Shown: positions 1 to 13,650, counted from the first letter of the stretch. The stretch: 64,000 bases of DNA from Eledone cirrhosa (GCA_964016885.1 CAXHJY010001713.1:1-64000); one strand, 5' to 3'. Notes: generated from the letters alone by a model not told the origin. Made by a program: numbers and translations.

Positions 1-1008
1 ACCCCAGCAAGGTTTCTTGGTGAGGAGGGTGACTTTGGACATCCTGCAGGACTGAAAACAAAACCTCTTAAGAGTCAATGGCCATCCAAAATCACCGGGA
101 GAGATGACCCCTTAGCCTTTGTCAAGGCAGAATTCTATGAGAAGGAAAACTCTGATATAACACCTGCAACCTGATGGTATCCAATGATGTTGACTTGTTG
201 TTCTTTTTGGTAAATATCATCTTGGTTAAGAGAGTGGGACTGGCTTTGTGCAGTGCCTTTGCTCACTATAAAAGCTTCACGGCACAGGCATTGCTTTATA
301 GCTGGAGATCTCTCTGCACTTGTCATCACATGGTACCATGGGCCCAGCACTATGTGTCAATAATTGTCACAAGTGTAGTGTTTGTACCAGAGTTTTCAAG
401 TCGCTGACTGGACTAAAAAGTCGCACTCGTTCAGCGCATCGCTAGTGGCCGTACTCGAAAACGAGTTGGCAGCCACCATGTATGTATGTATATGTGATAT
501 ATTCATGTATGTATATATTTGATGTTAATAACTAGTAGAGTGGTGACTTCAGAAAGAAATTGATGTTATAGATATATTTGACAATTCAAAAGTAGAATAT
601 TAACAGGAGAGATACATTTACCTTCATTACACTTATTTGACTGTTCACAATAATCTCAACACTTAACATTAGTGAAAATATTCTATTTCACGCACCACAG
701 GATCGCCACTTTTTTTTATTTATTTATCCTTATATTTGTTTAGATATTTTTTCTGTTCCCCTTCCTTCTTTTTATTTAATCTCTTTCTTTCTCTATTTCA
801 TATACTTAGATATTTTTTACTTTCTTTCTTTCTCTCTACGGAACAATCCATGCATGGGTGAATAAATCTTTCTAATCACGTTTTCTACCCTTATTTTACG
901 CTACTAATATAGCCACTGTTTCCATTTATTAAGCCATGGAGGATAAACAATATGTAAGAAAAAAAACGAACTGGTCCATGTACTTATATATATATATATA
1001 TATATATA

Positions 1009-1051
1009 CCATTTTGTTTCTGTGTGTGTCACACACACAGAAACAAAATGG
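1009..1051. repeat. Perfect 21-bp-arm palindrome upstream of a hammerhead
   Basis: ccattttgtttctgtgtgtgt-c-acacacacagaaacaaaatgg, directly after a (TA)n run. Confidence 0.9.
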
Positions 1052-1099
1052 CGTAGGATAGAAGAAAGGAAAGGCACAGAAACAAAGAAAGGAATCCCC

Positions 1100-1144
1100 A
1101 GTCACTGAAGAGGTCACAGAGTGTGTGACGAAAGGACTATGACT
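1100..1144 (+). ncRNA. Minimal type I hammerhead ribozyme motif
   Basis: AGTCA-CTGAAGA-G-GTCACA(gagtg)TGTGAC-GAAA-GGAC-TA-TGACT; stem I agtca/tgact, 6-bp stem II with one extra G, CUA triplet. Confidence 0.65.
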
Positions 1145-1213
1145 ATATATAAACAACTATCTGGTTGTGGAACCAACCAACCAACCAGAAATTTATAAGT
1201 TTGTAAATTTGTA

Positions 1214-1244
<31 letters not shown>

Positions 1245-1280
1245 GTATGTATATATATTTATATATATAGTAATAATAAT

Positions 1281-1439
1281 TGTTTCTACCTTTGGCACAA
1301 GGTACTTTATTTTATCGACCCCGTAAGGATGAAAGGCAGAGTTAACCTCGGCGGGATTTGAACTCAGAATGGAAAGGGTCGTAACTCAATGCGTCAAAGT
1401 ATGGCGTCCGACCCTCTACCGATACTGCCAATCCACCGC
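1281..1439 (-). mobile_element. tRNA-derived Nin-domain SINE (family S1), internally deleted
   Basis: Reverse complement of the consensus at 20809-21003; lacks the ccagcaattacccag segment. Confidence 0.85.
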
Positions 1440-1648
1440 ATAATAATAAATTGGAAGACTAAAATCCGAAGAGGGCTCGAAAGGGATAATATATATATAG
1501 ATATATATAAAAACCGTAGAGAAAATATTTATTGAAATAACAGATTAAAGCTTGAGCAAAGAATCGCTGCTTTCACCCTTAACGGATCTTCAGAAGATCC
1601 CGTTAAGGGTGAAAGCAGCGATGGTTTGCTTCAATTTTAATCTGTTAT

Positions 1649-1652
<4 letters not shown>
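1440..1652. mobile_element. Family A hammerhead-like element, head-to-head palindrome
   Basis: aacagattaaag...gaatcgctgctttcacccttaacggatcttc|agaagatcccgttaagggtgaaagcagcg...aatctgtt; same family at 4105, 26235, 46678, 50319, 55462, 62729. Confidence 0.85.
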
Positions 1653-1680
<28 letters not shown>

Positions 1681-1682
<2 letters not shown>

Positions 1683-1893
1683 CAAAGGAATTGTGGTAAG
1701 GAACCAGATGGACCATAACGCACCAGAGTACTCAATACTTAGGGTAGTAGAGTGGGGAATAGGAAAAAGTATGACCCCGACGGCAGAGCTCAAACCGTTT
1801 CGACGATTATTTCTGGACTCTATTTGCGTCCAGAAATTGTCGTCGAAACGGCTTGAGCTCTGCCGTCAGGGTCAGGGTCATACTTTTTCCTAT
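1681..1893. mobile_element. Family C element, inverted arms, carrying the 3' half of a hammerhead
   Basis: Arms ~1759-1818 and 1828-1892; GAAA-CGGC(ttgagctct)GCCG-TC at 1845-1867; homologous to 7727-7914; flanked by (TA)n. Confidence 0.8.
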
Positions 1894-1908
1894 ATATATA
1901 TATATACA

Positions 1909-2030
1909 AGGCGCATGGCTGAGTGGTTAGAGAATTTCGATTCCAGACTGGGAGATGCGTTATGTCTTGAGCAAGAGATTTTATTTCACGTTGCTCCTTC
2001 TGCCTGGAGTTGCGACCGACAGATATTATT
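1909..2030 (+). mobile_element. Degenerate SINE of family S2
   Basis: tggctgagtggttagag A-box-like head and tgtcttgagcaagag...ttcacgttgctcc resemble the reverse complement of 45620-45895. Confidence 0.5.
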
Positions 2031-2554
2031 AGCAATCGGAAATAAATAAAAAATGGATCCCCCCAAAATAAAAAAACTGACCCCCTCCCCCCCAATAAAA
2101 AACGGACCCCCCCATAAATATCAAAACAAATTATTGTGGGTAAATAGTGGGTAAAATAATTATTGTGGATAGTTGTAGATAAAATAATTATGGTGGGTAA
2201 AATAATTATTGTGGGTAAGTAATTAAGGTAGGTAAGTGGTGGGTGAAATCAAGAAAGGGAGAAAGAGGTAGGAAGTGGAGTAAAGGGGGGGTAGGGAAAG
2301 AATGGATTGGAAGAGGCAGAAGTGGAAGAAGGGGAGGAGAAACATCAAGGGAAGGAAGGATGGAAAAGAGGAGGGAAGACAGCAGATTAAAGAAATAGGG
2401 AAAGAGAGGTTAAAAAAGGGGAAAATTAGGGAAGAGGGGTAAAGAGGGATACGAAGTGTGAAAGTGTGGGGAAAGAGGCGGAAAAGGGCGTAATGAGGGA
2501 GAATCAACACTACGAGGTCAACCACAAGACAATGAGGTCACGTAAAGTGATATG

Positions 2555-2970
2555 TGTTTCTTTCACAAGAAATTTGAAGCAAAAGATACCAAGTAACCAT
2601 GTAACTTCAATAGCTCTTCATCATCGACTCCGGGAGAAACTCTAGGACCAACCACCAATAAACACCCTGGTGGTCAGCAAACATGATCAACTGTCCTGTA
2701 TGTCTATGATCAGATCTCCAGTCAGATTCTTAATCGACACAGAAATAGAAGTCAGTGTCATCCCGGCATCTGCAAACAACCTCCGTTATAGAGAGGGGAG
2801 TCAGTGGCAGCTGCCAATGATTCTACAATCAAAGCTTACAGATACTGTACTCTCTCCCTCCACAGAGGCTCACAGTAATATCACCGTCGCTGATGCCCAT
2901 CAGCCTATCATTGGAGCAGACTTCCTTCGGGCTCACTCAACGCGGGACGATAATCAGGGGAGACGACTCG
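2555..2970 (+). pseudogene. Degenerate Ty3/gypsy LTR retrotransposon gag C-terminus and aspartic protease
   Basis: CFFHKKFEAKDTK*PC (gag CxxHxxFGxxAxxCxxPC-like), then RFLIDTEIEVSVIP (DTG motif decayed), frameshifted AANDSTIKAY, and VADAHQPIIGADFL..RRLV. Confidence 0.75.
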
Positions 2971-3128
2971 TATACATAAATAACATTACAAATGCTTAGA
3001 TAACATTATAAATTGCTCGCGATTCATTCAGAAAGATATATTCTTTTAATGTTACAATAATGTTCTTCTGAACGAATTTCGTGCAATTTATAACGTTATT
3101 TACGCATTTGCAATGTTATTTATGTATA
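2971..3128. repeat. Imperfect inverted repeat with ~63-bp arms (MITE/foldback-like)
   Basis: tatacataaataacattacaaatgc...ttcagaa versus ttctgaa...gcatttgcaatgttatttatgtata; TA at both ends. Confidence 0.75.
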
Positions 3129-3244
3129 TATTTAAAACATATTTACAATATTATCCTACTGTAAATTAATACAATTGTAAATAATAATTGATAACTTGAA
3201 ATTGGAAAATGCGATGAAACAATTTCTGAGATAGCGTTTAACCA

Positions 3245-3308
3245 ACTACAATTTCCTGAATACTTTCGATAGATGTTTACCTATAGAAAGTATTCAGGAA
3301 ATTGTAGT
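3245..3308. repeat. Hairpin with perfect 23-bp stem
   Basis: actacaatttcctgaatactttc ... gaaagtattcaggaaattgtagt. Confidence 0.85.
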
Positions 3309-4104
3309 ATTAACAAACGGAACTGAACTATAATAGAAAACACATCTCTGCAGAATGTTATTTTAAAATTTGTATCACTACGACAGGAAGAAACAAATTC
3401 AAGGAGGTGGGCTCTAAATTTTAGTTACTGAGAATTCGTGGTTGTTTCAGCAAATTGTTCGCGGAAATGCCGCCAGCGTTGTTTTGTTTCAGGTTTTAAA
3501 ATGTTTAAAGTTTCTTCTTTAGAGTTCCAATAAAAAAAATTGACGTCTAGAAGGCATGTTTGTTATCTTTAAACAACTATTAAAATACTACACATACACA
3601 CTACACATTTAAGCAGGTAAATGGCAAAATTATTGCAGCACAAACTTTGATTACATTTTACTATTGTATTACGAGTAGAATAATGTGTTCTAAATTACAA
3701 TACATTTCACCTTAAGTACATGTGATTAGTATTTATCATTAAGATTTTCCGACCTTGAAGATAAAATGAAAATGAAAAGAAAGTTGACGTTCAAAGGTGA
3801 AAAATTGGGCGATTGGCATGAATATCCAACAGGTTTCAGAAGAAGTTTTCCATTCTTATTTTGTAGTTTCATGCTAATTTCAAGCATTTCTCTTCATGAC
3901 TATGACTATGTCAGTATTTACAAATACCATAAGTCACTACTCCTATAAATTTATCTTCATCTTGGTATTCTTAACTCTGAAGCCGAGAATCATTCGGTTT
4001 ACTAAATAGAATCTTAGTCTACGACTTCATTTATACCATAAACTTGGTTTTGTCTTTGCGTGTAATTGTTCTCACCGCTCCAAATAATGACTATTATCTT
4101 CGTT

Positions 4105-4354
4105 TTATTCCCGTTCATTGCCAGGGAACGTCTCCACGAACCAAAGTATCGTCTTCCTGTTTTCCTTCGGTTGCAACGTTTTCCGAAATATTTACTTCTG
4201 CGTTCACAGATTGATTTTTTTAGTTTCACAAGATCCCGTTAAGGCTGAAAGCAGCGATTATTTGCTTAAACTTTAATCTGTTATTTTAATAAATGTTTGC
4301 TCTAGGGTTCTTATATATTTATTCGAGCCCTCTTTGGATTTTAGTCTTCAAATT

Positions 4355-4360
<6 letters not shown>
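4105..4360 (+). mobile_element. Family A element with upstream body
   Basis: Body ttcccgttcattgccagggaacg...acagattga matches 62803-62911, followed by the family A core (here CACAAGA) and the 3' tail ttttagtcttcaaatttattat into (TA)n. Confidence 0.85.
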
Positions 4361-4390
<30 letters not shown>

Positions 4391-5090
4391 CTGTTGGTTT
4401 CACGCTCACAATACTTTCTATACTTTCATTTATATATATATATATATATATATTGATGCTATTATTTTGCTGTTTCCTGGCCTTGTGCCAAAAAGTAGAA
4501 ACAATTATTTTGCTGTTTCATCGATTTATTTGCATTTACCCTTCTGATCATTCCTACTGGAGCATCAACCTTTCTAAGGATATTCCATGCACATCTCGGG
4601 CCTTATTTTCAAATGTAGTGTGCATTTAGGACTTCCTTCTTCAATGTATTTAGCATACGTTGAATTTAGGTCCCGCTATTTCAAACAAAAGGTAATAGAA
4701 CCCATAAACAGAAGTCGCTCTGTTAACCCACTACATAGTTTGTAAGATTAAATTCCTGAAATTATTTCCTCTAGCATTAGAAGATACTGATGAAATACCA
4801 GAAGCCAGTTCTCTTATTAACTCAATACAAAGACAACCTGAGATAAACACCGAAACCTTGTGATTAGGTAATACATGCTATGAAGTAAAATATATTCCGA
4901 ACATGTCACAGTATCTATGACCGTACATTTTAGTTTCATTTGCTTTTGTTGGACTCGTTAGACGAACGAGATTCCTTATAGTTTTTATACCACATCTTAC
5001 ATTCTGAGTTCAAATTCCAATGTGGCCCACTTGGATAATAGACTTAATCCATCGTCCAGTTTTCGCACAAACATTTCTTTATTTGATTCC

Positions 5091-5318
5091 TTAACCTTTT
5101 AGCATTTACATTACTCTATATATACTATTGTATTTTTGTGGTAAAAGCTTTATCTCACTTAATTATCACACATAATATCGAATCTACAAGATTTTGATAT
5201 TATTCATTTTGAGAACAATACCTTAACATAAGTATATGCAGCTAATTACAGCCGGTTTGAACAGAAAGAGGGGAGAGCATTCTGGCTGGATACGGCCGGT
5301 TTAAATGCTGAAAGGTTA
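5091..5318 (+). mobile_element. piggyBac-like MITE
   Basis: ttaa-ccttttagcattta ... taaatgctgaaagg-tta; homologous to 53572-53798 and 57112-57330. Confidence 0.7.
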
Positions 5319-5777
5319 CGCGTATCCCACCCTATTGCAAGTATTTGAACCAGGTCCCCGAATTGAGCATACCTTCCTTCTTTTTTCCTACCTTTTATCT
5401 CGGAGGCTCAGATAAAATAAAGAGTGATAGATGCTGTCCGTTTCCCCAGAGTGAATAATAAAAAATATTTTTAATTTCCAATCCTACAGAGATTCACGTC
5501 ACCAATTTATTGTCCTTGGGGCGGGAAAAAGTCTATAAAATAAGTAATAGTCAAGTATTGGATTTCAATTTACTACCATATCTATTTGCATCTGTCTTTG
5601 TTTGTTAGTTGGTTTGTTTGTATCTTTCTGTTTTTCTTTCTCTCTTTCTTTGATCCTCGTAAACTTTATAGATAACTTGTTTATGCACATTGCCGGTTAT
5701 TAAGAGAAGTTGTAGAACGGATCAAGTCGAGACCGCGTTGATTTTCGTTCCTGTTTTATAAAACAACAACCATCCAT

Positions 5778-5828
5778 GAGAGAGAGAGAGAGAGAAGGAA
5801 AGAGAGAGAGAGAGAAGGAAAGAGGGAA

Positions 5829-5860
<32 letters not shown>

Positions 5861-5873
5861 CGAAAGAGAGAGA

Positions 5874-5913
<40 letters not shown>

Positions 5914-6028
5914 GAGAGAGAGAAACAGAGAGAGAGAGAGATAGAGAAAGACAGAGATAGAGAGAGAGAGACAGACAAAGAGAGAGAGAGATAGAGAAAG
6001 ACAGAGATAGAGAGAGAGAGACAGACAA

Positions 6029-6077
<49 letters not shown>

Positions 6078-6092
6078 GATAGAGAGAGATAG
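5778..6092. repeat. (GA)n-rich microsatellite
   Basis: Direct inspection. Confidence 0.95.
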
Positions 6093-6251
6093 AGTGGGGG
6101 GGGCAGCAATGGTAACACCTGCGGGATTTGAAATCGTAATACAGAAGGGCGGAACTCATGGCTGTTTATACTTTTAGCAAATTTTCCAGTTTCATGGTTT
6201 ATCAATATGTATATGTGCGTGTGATTGTTTTTGTGTATTTGCGTGTTTTTC

Positions 6252-9034
<2,783 letters not shown>

Positions 9035-9112
9035 AGTTGGAATAGGATGAAACGAAATTTCATTTCTCATTCTTAGTACGGCACTTACTTAAATGTATAC
9101 GGTGAAGGGTAT

Positions 9113-9155
9113 ACGGTGCTGATGATAGCAAAGAAGCTTGAAACTAGTACATCGT
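9113..9155 (+). ncRNA. Minimal type I hammerhead ribozyme motif, copy 1
   Basis: ACGGTG-CTGATGA-T-AGC(aaagaa)GCT-T-GAAA-CTAG-TA-CATCGT; palindromic ACTAGT stem III, GUA triplet, predicted cut after 9149. Confidence 0.8.
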
Positions 9156-9304
9156 TCCTGTGTCAGTGTTCAACAAAAAGGTGACGTGGTTGCCTTAACA
9201 CCGTACGGCATAAATCAGGCTGTCCGTTTGTTTACAAACGGACAAAGCGGGCGTTATAATAAACGTCCGCTAAACTGATACGTACATATATATATGTGTA
9301 CCTG

Positions 9305-9350
<46 letters not shown>

Positions 9351-9583
9351 TGCTACTGTACGTCTGTATACATATATGTATGTACGTATACATATATACT
9401 TACATTTAAGTATGCCGTACTAAGAGTGAGAAATGAAATTTCGTTTCATCCTATTCCAACTTATCGTTTTCGGTGCGGCCTGCCGACTGAACTCACTCGA
9501 TATGCAAATTAGGCTGCTCAGCCGTTAATTTTCATAAGGAAAGTATATACTTTCGAACGTTCAACCATATGGCAGAAGGGTAT

Positions 9584-9626
9584 ACGGTGCTGATGATAGC
9601 TAAGAAGCTTGAAACTAGTACATCGT
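9584..9626 (+). ncRNA. Minimal type I hammerhead ribozyme motif, copy 2
   Basis: ACGGTG-CTGATGA-T-AGCT(aaga)AGCT-T-GAAA-CTAG-TA-CATCGT; predicted cut after 9620. Confidence 0.8.
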
Positions 9627-9818
9627 TCCTGTGTCAGTGTTGAACAAAAAGGTGACGTGGTTGCCTTAACACCGTACGGCATAAATCAGGCTGTCCGTTT
9701 ACAAAAAGGTGACGTGGTTGCCTTAACACCGTACGGCATAAATCAGGCTGTCCGTTTGTTTACAAACGGACAAAGCGGGCGTTATAATAAACGTCCGCTA
9801 AACTGATACGTACATATA

Positions 9819-9830
<12 letters not shown>

Positions 9831-9858
<28 letters not shown>

Positions 9859-10627
9859 TATATATATATATATATATATATATAAGTATATATATATATA
9901 TATATATATAAGTATATATATATATATATATATATAAGTATATATATATATATATATATATATATAAGTATATATATATATATATATATATATATAAGTA
10001 TATATATATATATATATATATAAGTATATATATATATATATATATATATATAAGTATATATATATATATATATATATATATAAGTATATATATATATATA
10101 TATATATATAAGTATATATATATATATATATATATAAGTATATATATATATATATATATATAAGTATATATATATATATATATATATAAGTATATATATA
10201 TATATATATATATAAGTATATATATATATATATATATATAAGTATATATATATATATATATATATAAGTATATATATATATATATATATATAAGTATATA
10301 TATATATATATATATATAAGTATATATATATATATATATATATAAGTATATATATATATATATATATATAAGTATATATATATATATATATATAAGTATA
10401 TATATATATATATATATAAGTATATATATATATATATATATATATAAGTATATATATATATATATATAAGTATATATATATATATATATATAAGTATATA
10501 TATATATATATATATAAGTATATATATATATATAAGTATATATATATATATATATATAAGTATATATATATATATATATATAAGTATATATATATATATA
10601 TATATAAGTATATATATATATATATAA

Positions 10628-10664
<37 letters not shown>

Positions 10665-11639
10665 TATATATATATATATATATATATAAGTATATATATA
10701 TATATATATATAAGTATATATATATATATATATAAGTATATATATATATATATAAGTATATATATATATATATAAGTATATATATATATATATATATATA
10801 AGTATATATATATATATATATAAGTATATATATATATATATAAGTATATATATATATATATATAAGTATATATATATATATATATAAGTATATATATATA
10901 TATAAGTATATATATATATATATATAAGTATATATATATATATATATAAGTATATATATATATATATATAAGTATATATATATATATATATATAAGTATA
11001 TATATATATATATATATAAGTATATATATATATATATAAGTATATATATATATATATAAGTATATATATATATATATAAGTATATATATATATATATATA
11101 TAAGTATATATATATATATATATAAGTATATATATATATATATAAGTATATATATATATATATATAAGTATATATATATATATATATAAGTATATATATA
11201 TATATATATAAGTATATATATATATATAAGTATATATATATATATATAAGTATATATATATATATATATAAGTATATATATATATATATAAGTATATATA
11301 TATATATATATAAGTATATATATATATATATATAAGTATATATATATATATATATAAGTATATATATATATATATATAAGTATATATATATATATAAGTA
11401 TATATATATATATATATATATAAGTATATATATATATATATATATAAGTATATATATATATATATATAAGTATATATATATATATATATAAGTATATATA
11501 TATATATATATAAGTATATATATATATATATATAAGTATATATATATATATATATAAGTATATATATATATATATATAAGTATATATATATATATATATA
11601 AGTATATAAGTATATATATATATATATATAAGTATATAA

Positions 11640-11674
<35 letters not shown>

Positions 11675-12014
11675 TATATATATATATATATAAGTATATA
11701 TATATATATATATATAAGTATATATATATATATATAAGTATATATATATATATATAAGTATATATATATATATATAAGTATATATATATATATATAAGTA
11801 TATATATATATATATAAGTATATATATATATATATAAGTATATATATATATATATAAGTATATATATATATATATAAGTATATATATATATATATATATA
11901 TAAATATATAAGTATATATATATATATATATATAAATATATATGTATATATATATATATATATATATAAGTATATATATATATATATATATATAAATATA
12001 TATGTATATATAAG

Positions 12015-12046
<32 letters not shown>

Positions 12047-12492
12047 TATATGTATATATAAGTATATATATATATATAAATATATATGTATATATAAGTA
12101 TATATATATATATAAATATATATGTATATATAAGTATATATATATATATATATAAGTATATATAAGTATATATAAGTATATATATATAAGTATATATAAG
12201 TATATATAAGTATATATATATATATATAAGTATATATATATATATAAGTATATATATATATATATAAGTATATATATATATATATATATAAGTATATATA
12301 TATGTATATATATATATATATATAAGTATATATATATGTATATATATATATATATATAAGTATATATATATGTATATATATATATATATATAAGTATATA
12401 TATATGTATATATATATATATAAGTATATATATATGTATATATATATATATATATAAGTATATATATATGTATATATATATATAAGTATATA

Positions 12493-12545
<53 letters not shown>
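9831..12545. repeat. Compound [(TA)n-AG] array
   Basis: (TA)n blocks punctuated by AAG. Confidence 0.97.
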
Positions 12546-12548
<3 letters not shown>

Positions 12549-13068
12549 CTTTGTCTCTCTTTCCGTCTCTATGCCTAATATCCGGAAAACAATAAAACAA
12601 TAAAACAATAAACCAATGAACCACAGCAGATCACCATGAAAGCAATGATGCGTGTCCTGATGAAAGAGCGGTCTTGTGTTGGGATGATTATTGATTCAAT
12701 CATCTGATGACGTGGGGGTAATGACTGACAGGTGTAGTATAGATCGAATGCTAATGAAGCGAGGAGATCAGGGAAAACATACGAAAGTAACGCTTACAGG
12801 TGAGGCAGGTATTTTGTCATAGCATATCAATATAAATTTAATCGCAATAACACCGACCGTCAAATTTCACCTTTGCGTCCACTATGACTAACGTCTAACA
12901 CCAACGACAACTACTAGTAGTAGTAGTAGTAGTGGTAGTGGTAGTAGTAGTAGTAGTAGTGGTGGTGGTGGTAATATTAGTTGTTACTGTTGTTTTTATC
13001 CTTTTTTAAAACTTTATTGCCTCATATATATACGTGTAAATATACATGTGTATATGTATATATATATA

Positions 13069-13222
13069 TTTGAAAAAAAAAAAAGGAAAAGAATGACTGC
13101 GCTTATAGTTCTAAATAATTTAATTTAATTTTATAATAATATAATATTATACCAACTCATAATATAAAATTAAATCAAATTATTTAGAACTACAAGTGAA
13201 GTCATTCTTTTCCTTTTTGTTC
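13069..13222. repeat. Imperfect inverted repeat with ~60-bp arms between TA runs
   Basis: aaaaaggaaaagaatgact...tagttctaaataattt..tttaattttata versus tataaaattaaatcaaattatttagaacta...agtcattcttttccttttt. Confidence 0.75.
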
Positions 13223-13259
13223 AACTATACCTAACTGTACCAAGGATCTCACACATTTT

Positions 13260-13299
<40 letters not shown>

Positions 13300-13345
13300 A
13301 AATAAAATAAATAAGTCAAATGTTTAAAATTTGGCTTCGTTTATT

Positions 13346-13400
13346 ACTGCTATATATATTTCGGTGACAGCCATCTTTGGCTGTGACCTCTTCAGGCAGT
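13346..13400 (-). ncRNA. Type I hammerhead ribozyme motif with canonical core (family E)
   Basis: Minus strand ACTGC-CTGAAGA-GGTCACAGCCA(aaga)TGGCTGTCACC-GAAA-TATATA-TA-GCAGT; stem II has 10 pairs plus one C.C mismatch; AUA triplet. Confidence 0.8.
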
Positions 13401-13566
13401 CCGAATTAGTGTGGTATAGACGAGTACACATGTTGTTGAGATGTTTAACTTTGTCAATACTCTGATATGCCCAGTTCCTGGTTGGGTTGTTATTTCACTG
13501 AGGAACTGGAATCATATATATATATATATATATATACATTATATAGGAGTAGTTCCACAACTATTT

Positions 13567-13606
13567 CTGAGAACAATTTGTTTCACCTCAAATGGATCAT
13601 CAGCTC

Positions 13607-13608
<2 letters not shown>
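13567..13608 (-). ncRNA. Minimal type I hammerhead ribozyme motif
   Basis: Minus strand CCGAG-CTGATGA-T-CC(atttga)GG-T-GAAA-CAAATTG-TT-CTCAG; short stems, GUU triplet; island flanked by (TA)n. Confidence 0.55.

Positions 13609-13650
<42 letters not shown>

Larger units (their letters stand above)
9035..9830 (+). mobile_element. Retrozyme/PLE-like element: inverted 5' piece plus two direct ~190-bp hammerhead-containing repeats
   Basis: 9035-9098 is the inverse of ~9396-9462; 9104-9300 is repeated at 9575-9830 (second copy has a 57-bp internal duplication, 9644-9700/9701-9757); embedded in (TA)n. Confidence 0.75.

Noticed and set aside
440-485. Minus-strand TGGTGGCTGCC as an LTR primer-binding site
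   Set aside because: Short match with no identifiable LTR or gag next to it
12640-12800. Two CTGATGA motifs (hammerhead or C/D snoRNA)
   Set aside because: No matching stem I, stem II and GAAA-NUH arrangement, and no convincing terminal stem for a snoRNA
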